NCBI GenBank assembly: GCA_046563655.1
Contig: CM102289.1
Span: 1,240,001-1,304,000 of the forward strand
Reading direction: 5' to 3'
DNA from: Yuukianura sp. NJ FZ-2021
Taxonomy: Eukaryota
DNA: 64,000 nt
Numbering within the stretch: the stretch's first letter is position 1; every line of letters begins with the position of its first letter. Made by a program: the position numbers and the translations under genes. The notes under the pieces are model-generated. The model was given only the letters and a program-made list of their open reading frames with translations. It was not told where the DNA came from and made no database searches. Of this stretch, positions 22,306-33,315 are shown one piece after another.

Positions 22306-22973
22306 AACTTGAATATTTTATGTTAACATATTAAACATCAAAACATTTAAATAATAAACATTTGAAGTTTGGCCATTATGGAAATTTCAAAATCAAAAAA
22401 TTACTGGATTAGAGCCTTTAGAGTGTACAGCCCCTAAACACAAAAGCTAAAAATTTCCTGACAATAATTTTGATAAATTGAAAAATTTATTCCATCAATC
22501 GTGGAGCTTAACTTACGCGTCTGAGATGATTTGTTTCGTCGAAATTTTTATAATAAACTGACCTTGCCTAAATTCTTATCCGGTATATAGGAAAATCTGA
22601 ATTGAATTTGAAATTTGGAACCTGTTTTTTCAGACAAGTTTTTTACTTAAGGTGAAGGTTGAGATATATAATGTATAAGATCTGGATTCACCTTGAAGTA
22701 AAATTCATGGAGGAAATTCAAAGTTTTATTTTATTTCTTTGGAAATTGTCTATATCAATTGTTTTCGGATAGTTTTATGTTTAAATTTATTTGAAACCAT
22801 TTCTTGAAAATTTAGAATTTGTGGCATTGATCTTCATCCTGCATTTTTTCCAATTCAAGCGGAAATAGAATTTTTGTTCATCCATTCCTGAAATTCTTCC
22901 AGACTGACTTTGCCGTCTTTGTTTTTGTCCGCTTCTTTCGAAAATTGTTCAGATGAAATTTCACGAAATCGAG

Positions 22974-23967
22974 TGTAGCGACGATGTCCTTTTTTTTATT
23001 TTTTCTGGTAATTAAATTTTAATTCAGTGATCGTCTGCCCTCCCCTTATGGACGTGCCCGTAGTTAGGCGTTCTTCTAGTTTAGGCATTCATCTAGTTAT
23101 AGGTCTTCTAGATATAGGCAGTATAGGTTAGCAGTTTTTTTAGGTTAAGTTGGAATTCCCCTGTTAACCCCTGCTCCCTTTAGTTTAAGCTCAGATATGG
23201 TTTTTCCCCTTTGTCAGCCCTCCCCCTAGGTTATTCATTCAGTAGCGTAAGTCTTTTCTTTCAGCAGCTAAGGGATAGGAAGGAGTAAGATGTTACCCCC
23301 GGACATCACGTTTGGGTGGTAAAATCTTCCTTCTTCTGGCTCCTCCCCTCCTTTCTCTATAAATACCTGTGTATTTCAGTTCGACAGTCAGTAAGAAATC
23401 AGTAATCAGTCAGTTCAGAATACACTCTCTTGGTCGGAAGTTCTCTTGTTCTCAGTTTCATTCATTCGACAGTCGAATTAGACACTCGGCATTAGACTTT
23501 CGGCAGTCGACACTCGACACTCGGCATCAGACACTCGGCATCAGACACTCGGCATCAGACACTCGGCATCAGACACTCGGCATCAGATATTCGGCAGTCG
23601 ACACTCGGCACAAGACGTTCGACTCAAGACACTCGGCACAAGACACTCGGCACAAGACACTCGGCATTAGACATTCGGCATTAGACATTCGGCATTAGAC
23701 ATTCGGCATTAGACATTCGGCATTAGACTTTCGACAGTCGCATTAGACGTTGGGAATTCGACAACAGATTTAGTGTGAACCCATCCTTCATATAGCCATT
23801 GGGATACCGTTCGTGGTAGTATCTGGCCGGCCTTACACACCGACAGATACATCTATACCACAGTCCTCCTCATTCTAACAGTTTCGGTTGAGTTGTTTCC
23901 GTCAGTTCAGTTACTCAGACTTGTTCTATATTGTGCTCTAAAAAATTCTGGAGCTATCGAAATTACA
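22974..23967 (+). repeat. 5' LTR (994 bp) with internal 14-bp tandem repeats
   Basis: TGTAGCGACG...GAAATTACA; TATAAA at ~23358; (AGACACTCGGCATC)n-type array at ~23480-23735. Confidence 0.95.
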
Positions 23968-23985
23968 TGGTCCTTCGAACCGGAT
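23968..23985 (+). other. Primer-binding site complementary to the tRNA-Tyr 3' end
   Basis: TGGTCCTTCGAACCGGAT immediately after the 5' LTR. Confidence 0.85.
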
Positions 23986-24173
23986 CGACCCAGCCATCTG
24001 ACGAGCAGTAAACCAGAGGAAGACATCCCACTTGGACATCAGTCATCACCTTTTTAAAAGGTCTATGTGAGCACCGAGCCAGCTCCAAAAAACCTACAGG
24101 GCTCTACATCAGGTGATATCGTCCCAAACGTATCATTACATTACCAATCTAATCTCAGTCCCCGTTTTCAGCT

Positions 24174-27100
24174 ATGGCAGACCTTCCGCATTCCTCTCGA
24201 AACCCACCCAGCGAAGAATTGGCAGACACTGAGGCTGACACCGTCATATCAGTCAGGGCAAGTCCACAGGGAATTGTCACTCAACCAGAAGACGACACAA
24301 GAAGTGTTGCGTCACACGTCAGTCACGTCTCAGTGAGGTCAACCATTCGGAAGAAACAACGGGAATTGGAATTGACAGCACGGATGAAGATGATGGAAGA
24401 AGACAGAAAGATTGCGCAGATGACGGCCGAGCAGGACAAGAAACTTCGGGAGATGGCCGCTGAGCAAGACAAGAAGATCATCGAGATGAAGCTGCAGATG
24501 GAGTTGGAGAACCTCGCAGATGAGGAACAGGATATTCTAGAAGAAATGGGACTCGTTGAGTGGCCTCAACCGGTGGGAAACCGTACAGACTGCCAGAAGA
24601 AAGCTACCCAAGATTGGGTCAACAACGTCCCGTCAGGTCCAGTGTCTCCAGCTCCTTCACAAGCCCCATCAGACCACATTAAGAGGGAACCACAACCACC
24701 AGCATCAGTTCACCAGTCAGAAGCGAAATCTGAAATTGTTCAGGTCGGAGAAGTAATTGCCGCGGCCCTCGGTAAGGCATTGGAGCAGATGAAACCGGTA
24801 GTTACTCCTTCCACCTCCGAAAAGGTGCTGGCCAGAAAAGCTTACGGCAGTGATCTTCCCCAGTTCAATGGTCGTCCAGAAGAGTGGTTAGTCTTCCACA
24901 CAGCGTATACCCAGTCATCTCAGAAATGCGAGTTTTCAGACTACGAGAATCTTCACCGTCTACGCAAATGCTTGAAAGGAGAAGCCCAAAAAGAAGTTGA
25001 GTGCCTGCTAGATGACCCAGAAAACGTCCCTCGGATCATGACTATCCTGGAAAATAAATTCGGGCGCAAGAAGCACATCATTAACTATCATCTCTCCAAA
25101 CTCCAGAGCGTTCCGCACATGAAGGAGAATGATCTAACGTCAGTCATGAACTTCGGAAGGTACGTCCGTAATCTAGTAGAGACACTCAAGGGTTTCAAAT
25201 CACAGGTCTATTTGGAGAATCCCCAACTATTGGATAGCCTCATCGACAAGTTACCAGACTCCATGAAAGAGAAGTGGATGGAATCCCACGACGACGACAC
25301 GAGTTCTCTCATCCTCTTCGAGGAATGGATCAGAAAGAAGGTCGACATTGCTGAGAGACTCGTACAACCAAAAATCAAGGAGGAGAGACACAAGAGTGAA
25401 AAACAGACTAGCAGATCCGTACTCACAACGGAACAGGGAAGTTCATCTCAGACAACTCCAGCCAGTCCTCAAGGTTCGTCACCGTCTCAGTCAACTTCAA
25501 GCAGTTCACAAGCATCGCTTCAGCCTCAGCGGCAGCAGTCCACTCCAAAGGTCACCCGATGTCAACATTGTCAGACAGATGGACATCGCATCCAGGGTTG
25601 TGACCAGTTCAAGAAAGCCGATTTCGATGCTCGCCTCAAGACAGTCAAGGATCGGAAACTATGCTATGGATGCCTCAACTTCGGTCATGGAACAAAGGAT
25701 TGTCGCTCCAAAAAGAAGTGCACAATTGGTGACTGCACCCACTTCCACCACCAGCTTCTACATCGGACCGCAGCTCCTGCCACCAACCACGTCGAGCCAC
25801 TTCAGTTACACGTCTCCAGTCAAGTCACCTACCAAGTTCTTCCCGTCACACTCAGAGGCCCGAAGGGAGAAGTCTCTACATATGCTCTACTGGATCCAGG
25901 ATCAGGCTACACTCTGTTGGACGAAGAACTTGCGGACCAACTACAACTCAGAGGTAAGAGACAACCACTTGGTTTCTCTACAATCAGTCACAGTCAGGGA
26001 TCAGAAATCCCATCACGTTCAGTTTCACTAAGTATTGTCAATCCCACTACCGGAGACTCATTCAAAATCACCGATGTACGTACTTTCCCCTCACTTACTC
26101 TTCGCGCCGGCACCGTGACTCCCTCACAACTTTCAGAATGGAAGCATTTCGATGGATTGCCTCTTCCATTGTATTCAGATGTCCGGCCGAAGATCCTGAT
26201 TGGCCTTCCACACCATGAGCTGATTACCCCCACAGAGGTGCGGAAAGGGCGTCAGAATAGTCCAGCAGCGGGAAAGACGCCACTCGGATGGATGGTCTAC
26301 GGAAAGATGGCCCTCCCAGAAGAGTGCAAAACAGTCAGCTACATCAATGGAGTCTACAGCATTACAGATTCAGATCCCCTTCATCAATTGGTCAAACAGT
26401 ACTTCAGTACAGAAGAGTTCGGTGTCAAACCCACTACATCTTCTCCTTACACCAAGGATGAGCAGAAGGCTGAAGATATTGCCATGAGGACGCTTCGCAG
26501 AGTCGGAGACAGGTACGAGGTTGGACTTCTTTGGAAGGATGAGACAGTAACGCTGCCTGAGAGTAAGACGATGGCCCTCCAGCGACTCTCTTCCATCGAG
26601 CGAAAACTAGACAAGGACCCTGTCTACGCTAAGAAGTACTGCGAGAATGTCCAACACTACATCGATTCAGGCTACCTCCAGAAGATGTCGAAGGAAGAAG
26701 CAGAGACAGTAACTCCGCGGACTTGGTTCCTTCCTCACTTTGGAGTTAGCAAGGTTAGTAAGCCAGAAAAGCTCAGATTGGTCTTTGATGCAGCAGCAAC
26801 CAGTCACGGAGTCAGCCTCAATTCAGCATTGCTCAGTGGACCGGACATTCTCAGACCCTTACCATCAGTTCTTTGCAAATTCAGAGAAAGGCAGATCGCA
26901 ATCACAGCCGACATCAAGGAAATGTTTCACCAAGTCAAGATGCGTGAAGAAGATCAACTCAGTCAGAGAATCCTTTGGAGAGGAATGGATCGAGTCAACC
27001 CTCCAAACCAGTACAAGATGGCAGTCATGACCTTTGGAGCAACCTGTTCGCCCTACTGTGCTCAACTTGTCAAGAGAGAAAACGCCATGCAGTTTGCTGA

Positions 27101-29741
27101 TAAATTTCCCAGAGCAGTGGATGCAATTGTCGCTCGTCACTACGTGGACGATTTGTTGGATTCATGCGACACCTCAGCCAAAGCCTTCATTCACTTCCAG
27201 GAGGTGTTCAAGATTCAGAAACATGGAGGCTTTCATCTCTGCAACTGGGCGTCCAACGATCCCACATTCATCCAGAACATTCCAGAAGATCTCCGCTCCA
27301 AATCTCAGAAGTCTTTCGGAAACAAAGACACCATTGCCAGTGAGCGGATCCTCGGTCTTGAGTGGAACCCTGGAGAGGACTTCTTCACCTTTTCAACCAG
27401 TTTCTTCAAAGTCAGGAAGGAGATCCTCGACGGACAGGAGTCGCCTACGAAGAGAGAAGCCTTGTCTGTGGTAATGTCAGTTTTCGATCCCCTGGGTTTT
27501 GCAGCAGTCCTCACAGTCAAGGCAAAGATCCTGTTGCAACTTGCTTGGCGTGCCGGAATTGGATGGGACGATATCCTACCAGAGTCACTGTGGATCAAGT
27601 GGAAGGAATGGATTGAAGACCTCAGAACAATCTCTTCCTTCAAGATTCCGAGATGTTACTCCCACCACTTCTCCATTGCTGACTCAATTGAACTTCACGT
27701 CTTCTGTGACGCCAGCGAGTTGGCCTACTCAGCGGTCGCCTACTTCAGATTGGAATCCGGTGAGACAGCCTTCGTAGCAGCCAAGACCAGAGTAACTCCT
27801 CTCAAAGCTATGACCATTCCGAGGTATGAACTTCAGGCCGCAGTTATGGGAGCCAGACTCTCCCAATCTATCAAGGAGTGGCATAGCATCCAGCCTACGA
27901 AGTGTTTCTTCTGGACCGACAGTCGCACCGTCATGTGCTGGCTGTCCATGGACTCATGCCGTTTGAAGCAGTTCGTGTCCAACAGAGTAGGTGAGATCCT
28001 AGACTTGACAGACAAGACAGATTGGAACTGGATTTCCACCCATCAGAATGTTGCCGATGAAGCCACCAGAGACAGAGACCGATGCGATTTCTCACCAGAC
28101 AGTCGATGGTTAAATGGACCAGCATTCCTGAAGCTATCCCGAGACCAGTGGCCCATCGGACAACCACCAGAACTGAACGAAGACCCTGAAATTCTAGAGA
28201 TCAAGAAGGAGTTTTGTGGACATGTGGAGAACTTGAAAAAGACTGCAGGTGAGTGTCCTTTCGACATCTCACGATTCTCCTCATGGACCCGACTCATCAG
28301 AGCAACCGGGTACCTTCTTCGCGCAGTCAGATTCGGATTTCGTGGAGGCAGTCACCCCTATCCACCTTTCGCCATTTCCGAGCTTTTCGAGTCGGAGACC
28401 TTTTGGTGGAGATGGGCTCAACAGGAATCTTATCCAGCCGTTGTCCTTGCCTTCCGTATGAAAGATTACCCCAGAGCAGCCAAACACCAGCTACACACAC
28501 CACTGCGAGGCTTGTCAATCTACATGGATGATACGGGAGTTCTTCGCCTCAAGGGACGTGTGCAGGCTGATGTTGAGATCGGAAACCTGGAACGGAATCC
28601 AGTAATCCTTCATCCGAAACATCCATACACAATCTTACTGATCAGACACTACCACGAGAAGGCAGGACACCAAAACAAGGACCAAGTTGTCAATGATCTC
28701 AAGCAGCGGTTCTGCATCACAAGTCTCAGAGAAGCAGTCAAGAAGGCCTGGTTCAACTGTCAACGTTGCAAAAATGATCGTGCTCGCCCAGTACCTCCAG
28801 AGATGGCTCCATTGCCCTTGGCACGACTCGACAGTTACCAGAGACCCTTCACTAGGACAGGCGTTGACTACTTTGGACCTATGGAAGTGACTATTGGAAG
28901 AAGACATGAGAAGCGGTATGGTGCCCTGTTTACTTGCTTGGTAACCCGTGCAGTTCACCTGGAATTAGCCGGATCCCTCTCAACCGACAGCTTCATCATG
29001 GCTCTTCGTCGCTTCATCTCCCGCAGGGGCAACCCAGCCCATATTTACTCAGACAACGGCAACAACTTCGTGGGCGCAAACAACGAACTGCAGAAGGCCA
29101 TCAAAGAACTAGATCAAGAGAAGATTCGTGCTGAGATGACCATCAGAACCATTGAATGGCATTTCAATCCGCCGTATGCACCACACATGGGAGGAAGTTG
29201 GGAGAGGATGGTTCAGGCCGTAAAGAGAGCTCTCCATGCAGTACTGAAGGAAAGAACACCTCGAGAAGAGACTCTACTTACCTTCCTCACAGAAGCCGAG
29301 AATACCGTCAATGGCCACCCGCTTACATATGTTGACTCAGACGTGGAATCAGAAGAAGTTCTCACTCCCAACCACTTTCTCATCGGAACACCCAACGGGT
29401 ACCAACCACCTGGAGCCTTTGACGATGGAGACCTCATTCCTGGGAAGCAGTGGAGACTTGCGATGCGACTGGCCGATCACTTCTGGGGACGCTGGATTCG
29501 TGAGTTCCTGCCAACCCTGACCAACCGCCAGAAGTGGATCGAGAAGGCTACTCCCATCCAGGTCGGAGACGTTGTCTTGATCGTGGACGATTCCCTTCCC
29601 CGGAACTGCTGGCTGAAAGGCATCGTCGAGGAGGTCCCAGAAACCAAGGACGGACAGACACGTTGGGCCAACATCAGGACAGCAGCAGGACATTACAAGA
29701 GACCCGCCACCAAGTTATGCGTCCTTAAAGTTAATCAGTAG
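24174..29741 (+). CDS. BEL/Pao Gag-Pol polyprotein (1855 aa)
   Basis: Gag (LPQFNGRPEEW), three zinc knuckles, protease LLDPGS, RT (RLVFDA, TADIKEMF, HYVDD), RNase H (FCDAS, WTDS), integrase (HHCC, GVDYFGP, YSDNG, GGSWER). Confidence 0.96.
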   Translation: MADLPHSSRNPPSEELADTEADTVISVRASPQGIVTQPEDDTRSVASHVSHVSVRSTIRKKQRELELTARMKMMEEDRKIAQMTAEQDKKLREMAAEQDKKIIEMKLQMELENLADEEQDILEEMGLVEWPQPVGNRTDCQKKATQDWVNNVPSGPVSPAPSQAPSDHIKREPQPPASVHQSEAKSEIVQVGEVIAAALGKALEQMKPVVTPSTSEKVLARKAYGSDLPQFNGRPEEWLVFHTAYTQSSQKCEFSDYENLHRLRKCLKGEAQKEVECLLDDPENVPRIMTILENKFGRKKHIINYHLSKLQSVPHMKENDLTSVMNFGRYVRNLVETLKGFKSQVYLENPQLLDSLIDKLPDSMKEKWMESHDDDTSSLILFEEWIRKKVDIAERLVQPKIKEERHKSEKQTSRSVLTTEQGSSSQTTPASPQGSSPSQSTSSSSQASLQPQRQQSTPKVTRCQHCQTDGHRIQGCDQFKKADFDARLKTVKDRKLCYGCLNFGHGTKDCRSKKKCTIGDCTHFHHQLLHRTAAPATNHVEPLQLHVSSQVTYQVLPVTLRGPKGEVSTYALLDPGSGYTLLDEELADQLQLRGKRQPLGFSTISHSQGSEIPSRSVSLSIVNPTTGDSFKITDVRTFPSLTLRAGTVTPSQLSEWKHFDGLPLPLYSDVRPKILIGLPHHELITPTEVRKGRQNSPAAGKTPLGWMVYGKMALPEECKTVSYINGVYSITDSDPLHQLVKQYFSTEEFGVKPTTSSPYTKDEQKAEDIAMRTLRRVGDRYEVGLLWKDETVTLPESKTMALQRLSSIERKLDKDPVYAKKYCENVQHYIDSGYLQKMSKEEAETVTPRTWFLPHFGVSKVSKPEKLRLVFDAAATSHGVSLNSALLSGPDILRPLPSVLCKFRERQIAITADIKEMFHQVKMREEDQLSQRILWRGMDRVNPPNQYKMAVMTFGATCSPYCAQLVKRENAMQFADKFPRAVDAIVARHYVDDLLDSCDTSAKAFIHFQEVFKIQKHGGFHLCNWASNDPTFIQNIPEDLRSKSQKSFGNKDTIASERILGLEWNPGEDFFTFSTSFFKVRKEILDGQESPTKREALSVVMSVFDPLGFAAVLTVKAKILLQLAWRAGIGWDDILPESLWIKWKEWIEDLRTISSFKIPRCYSHHFSIADSIELHVFCDASELAYSAVAYFRLESGETAFVAAKTRVTPLKAMTIPRYELQAAVMGARLSQSIKEWHSIQPTKCFFWTDSRTVMCWLSMDSCRLKQFVSNRVGEILDLTDKTDWNWISTHQNVADEATRDRDRCDFSPDSRWLNGPAFLKLSRDQWPIGQPPELNEDPEILEIKKEFCGHVENLKKTAGECPFDISRFSSWTRLIRATGYLLRAVRFGFRGGSHPYPPFAISELFESETFWWRWAQQESYPAVVLAFRMKDYPRAAKHQLHTPLRGLSIYMDDTGVLRLKGRVQADVEIGNLERNPVILHPKHPYTILLIRHYHEKAGHQNKDQVVNDLKQRFCITSLREAVKKAWFNCQRCKNDRARPVPPEMAPLPLARLDSYQRPFTRTGVDYFGPMEVTIGRRHEKRYGALFTCLVTRAVHLELAGSLSTDSFIMALRRFISRRGNPAHIYSDNGNNFVGANNELQKAIKELDQEKIRAEMTIRTIEWHFNPPYAPHMGGSWERMVQAVKRALHAVLKERTPREETLLTFLTEAENTVNGHPLTYVDSDVESEEVLTPNHFLIGTPNGYQPPGAFDDGDLIPGKQWRLAMRLADHFWGRWIREFLPTLTNRQKWIEKATPIQVGDVVLIVDDSLPRNCWLKGIVEEVPETKDGQTRWANIRTAAGHYKRPATKLCVLKVNQ

Positions 29742-29791
29742 TAGACATCGCTTATTTTTAGTATGAACGTGCACGTTCATACGGGGGGGAA

Positions 29792-30772
29792 TGTAGCGAC
29801 GATGTCCTTTTTTTTATTTTTTCTGGTAATTAAATTTTAATTCAGTGATCGTCTGCCCTCCCCTTATGGACGTGCCCGTAGTTAGGCGTTCTTCTAGTTT
29901 AGGCATTCATCTAGTTATAGGTCTTCTAGATATAGGCAGTATAGGTTAGCAGTTTTTTTAGGTTAAGTTGGAATTCCCCCTGTTAACCCCTGCTCCCTTT
30001 AGTTTAAGCTCAGATATGGTTTTTCCCCTTTGTCAGCCCTCCCCCTAGGTTATTCATTCAGTAGCGTAAGTCTTTTCTTTCAGCAGCTAAGGGATAGGAA
30101 GGAGTAAGATGTTACCCCCGGACATCACGTTTGGGTGGTAAAATCTTCCTTCTTCTGGCTCCTCCCCTCCTTTCTCTATAAATACCTGTGTATTTCAGTT
30201 CGACAGTCAGTAAGAAATCAGTAATCAGTCAGTTCAGAATACACTCTCTTGGTCGGAAGTTCTCTTGTTCTCAGTTTCATTCATTCGACAGTCGAATTAG
30301 ACACTCGGCATTAGACTTTCGGCAGTCGACACTCGACACTCGGCATCAGACACTCGGCATCAGACACTCGGCATCAGACACTCGGCATCAGATATTCGGC
30401 AGTCGACACTCGGCACAAGACGTTCGACTCAAGACACTCGGCACAAGACACTCGGCACAAGACACTCGGCATTAGACATTCGGCATTAGACATTCGGCAT
30501 TAGACATTCGGCATTAGACATTCGGCATTAGACTTTCGACAGTCGCATTAGACGTTGGGAATTCGACAACAGATTTAGTGTGAACCCATCCTTCATATAG
30601 CCATTGGGATACCGTTCGTGGTAGTATCTGGCCGGCCTTACACACCGACAGATACATCTATACCACAGTCCTCCTCATTCTAACAGTTTCGGTTGAGTTG
30701 TTTCCGTCAGTTCAGTTACTCAGACTTGTTCTATATTGTGCTCTAAAAAATTCTGGAGCTATCGAAATTACA
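29792..30772 (+). repeat. 3' LTR (981 bp)
   Basis: By eye it matches the 5' LTR except for one fewer 14-bp repeat unit and one extra C in a C-run. Confidence 0.95.
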
Positions 30773-32477
30773 TCGAGGATTGTAGGCTCGAACGACTGCC
30801 ATAAACTCTTCAAACTCTTGATTCGAAATATATCCGTCTCTGTCAAGGTCGTAAGCGGCTGCCCGATTTCGAAAACAGGTTGCTCCGTCGTGAAAATTTT
30901 CAATAGTTTCCATCATTTCACTCATTGGAATGTAGCCTCCGAATCGTTGTTGCCAGTAGCGTACGTACACTAATTCTTCCTCTTGCGACAGTATAATTCC
31001 GATTCGCTTAGCAAGTAACGGAAGGTCGCTAGCTTTGATGTAGCCTTCGTCGGAGAACGTCGGAAGTGCTCGGAAAGTTGATTTAATGCTTTCGAGCTCA
31101 TCTTTTGTGTAGCGTCGCCTGGAATCGCGTGGCATTTTTTCCTCTACAAAAGCGGGCATCGCTAAAATGAAAACAAATCGGTTAATATAAAAAAAAATTA
31201 TGAAATAATACACCAGAAATCCAAATTGGGGAACTTTTTTCATCCTCATTCACGTGACATATAAGGAAGATACAATAAAAGCTAACTTTTTGTGAGGTCT
31301 CGTACTATACGGAAATGACTGATGTGAGAATGGGTGGTGCAATTTCTTCAATGGACTTTAGTCGTAAGGTTTACGGTATTTGGCGGGAAAATCTTTTTAT
31401 ACCAATCAACCAATTAGAGTGAGTTCCCCATTTTGGAGTTCTGGTAATTTAACCAGCAAAGACTATTGGAGCTTACCGAAGTTTATGCGAAGAAGTGAAA
31501 TATTTTTGAAATTTTAAGTTTTTAACTTAAAATTAGTTTCTTTTTCTTGATTTGAAGCCGCTGTGAGTAATGGTTTGAAAAAAAAGTCTCGGAGCCCTTT
31601 TAAACCGAACGGTTATGAGACGCAAGTGTGCGTGAAAACCAGAATGTCCAGAATTTAAAACTACTATGCAAACTGCATTTGCGTCAAAATTTAAATTAAC
31701 AACCAAATTTACAATTTTATTTCCTGCGTGAAATTGATTTTTGAAGTTTTGGTCCAAGGTTTCTAATGTGAACTGCTTTCGTGGATTCAAACTACGTCAA
31801 ACTTTTTGAATCCGGGTATTAGCCTTTGTCCAGCCCGACCTTGCCGTACTTGAAATGGCTTGGCACAACCAGTGACGTTATAAATTTTCTCCTGCAACTA
31901 GTTTTTTCAAACTCGTTTTGTCTATGGGTCATTTTAATTTTTTCACCTCGAATCTTCTTTTCGTTTCGAGTTTTTTCCCATACTTTTTACAATCATATTT
32001 TTCAAAAACTAAAATGCATTTTTAGTTTTATGTTTTAAGTATATGACATGCTGATGGACATAATTTTTTTTAAAATCTCTTCCGTTTTTTGAAGCGTTAG
32101 TGACTACTTTACAAGCAGGCAAAATAGTACAAAAATTTTTTGATCCCTCCTTAAATCCAAAATGACTAAAACTAGTGCTTTTTTGGGTTTTCGCTCATTA
32201 TCGTTTCAACTTCAACGGATTTTATATTTTACAGAAAAGTTTTAACTGAATTTGAAGGTGTAAGACTCATAATCTAAAACCTGTATTCACTTTGAAATAA
32301 ATTTTGAAGAAGAAATTCACAATTTTATTTTATTTCTTTGAAAATTGTCTATTTTAATTTATTTCCGGAGTATTTTAAATTTAAATGGAATCGTTTTTTG
32401 AAAATTTAAAATTTTTGACATCGATGACAATTCAGAATTTGTGACATCGATGTTCATCCTCTAATTTCTTCTCAAAT

Positions 32478-32953
32478 TCAAGCGGAAATAGAATTTTTCT
32501 TTATCCATTCCTGAAATTCGTCGAGACTGACTTTGCCGTCTTTGTTTGAATCTGCCTCTTCTACAAACTTGGCATACGAAATATGGCGATAATTTGGGTT
32601 GTGAATTCGGTACATTGCCATGTACTCCTCAAACTCTGGCATCGAAATGTATCCGTCTCCATCAAAGTCGTAGACTTGCGCACAATTCCTAGCCAGTTTT
32701 GCTTCGTCGTGCCAATATCTCAGAATTTCAATCATTATCCTCATAGGGATGAATCCGCCATAACGTAGGCGCCAATAACGTTCGTAGATTGCAATCTGCT
32801 CGGGCGTGCGCGGAATTCCGATCCGCTCAAAGAAAAGTCCGACTTCGCTTGCCAGGAAAAACCCTCGTCGGAGAATGTCGGAAGTCCTCGGAAAATGGAT
32901 TTCACACCTTCGAGCTCCTGCTCGGTGTACGGTTTCGTGAAGTCACGTGACAT
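32478..32953 (-). pseudogene. EF-hand copy 9, with a 1-nt frameshift in a T-run after FSDEG
   Basis: ATG at 32953. GGT TTT TC CTG lacks one base versus paralogs (~32857-32861); the remainder is colinear. Could be an assembly homopolymer error. Confidence 0.75.
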
Positions 32954-32966
32954 TGTCTCACTTGAG

Positions 32967-33186
32967 CAAGGTTCCAACAAAATAGTTTTTTTAACAGGTT
33001 AGGCAATAACTCCTATTTTCAAAAAATGTCCATGCAGACAATTTTTCCGCCCGATTTTCCTTCTGACTTGTTGATGACTGCGTCTGAGTTCAAAATTTGC
33101 GCCAATCTATTGTTTAATGCCTATTTGACTTATTGCCTAACCTGCTAAAGAAAAGACAGTTTTCTTGTTTATGTACCTTAACCTTG
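32967..33186. mobile_element. MITE with CAAGGTT...AACCTTG termini in the 5' UTR of copy 9
   Basis: Imperfect inverted arms (CAGGTTAGGCAATAA / TTATTGCCTAACCTG). Possible 2-bp TSD (AG). Absent from paralogous UTRs. Related to 38013-38241. Confidence 0.6.
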
Positions 33187-33315
33187 AGATTGTAATAAAT
33201 GAAACACGCACTAACCATACCTAGAGTAAAAAAAAACAAGTAAAAATATACAAAAAATATTATTGTGTTAGGAAACCTCGTAAGTTTACTAATACTTGTT
33301 CGAAATTCAGAAATT

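Larger units (their letters stand above)
22974..30772 (+). mobile_element. Full-length BEL/Pao LTR retrotransposon (7799 bp)
   Basis: TG...CA LTRs, 5-bp TSD TCGAG (22969-22973 and 30773-30777), PBS, PPT GGGGGGGAA (29783-29791), single gag-pol ORF. Confidence 0.97.
22855..31159 (-). pseudogene. EF-hand copy 8, split by a BEL/Pao insertion between EF3 and EF4
   Basis: N-part 30773-31159 (ATGs at 31159 and 31135) ends ...RAYNPR. C-part 22855-22973 reads RFREISSEQFSKEADKNKDGKVSLEEFQEWMNKNSISA*. Removing the element and one TCGAG restores an intact ORF. Confidence 0.92.

Noticed and set aside
23480..23735. CRISPR-like appearance of short repeats (also 10918-11115 and 12970-13135)
   Set aside because: These are head-to-tail tandem units without unique spacers, they lie inside transposon LTRs or termini in eukaryotic DNA, and there are no cas genes.
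32952..33193. 5-bp TSD ATTGT with CTCA...TGAG ends for the MITE in copy 9
   Set aside because: The related element at 38013-38241 supports CAAGG...CCTTG termini instead; boundaries remain uncertain.
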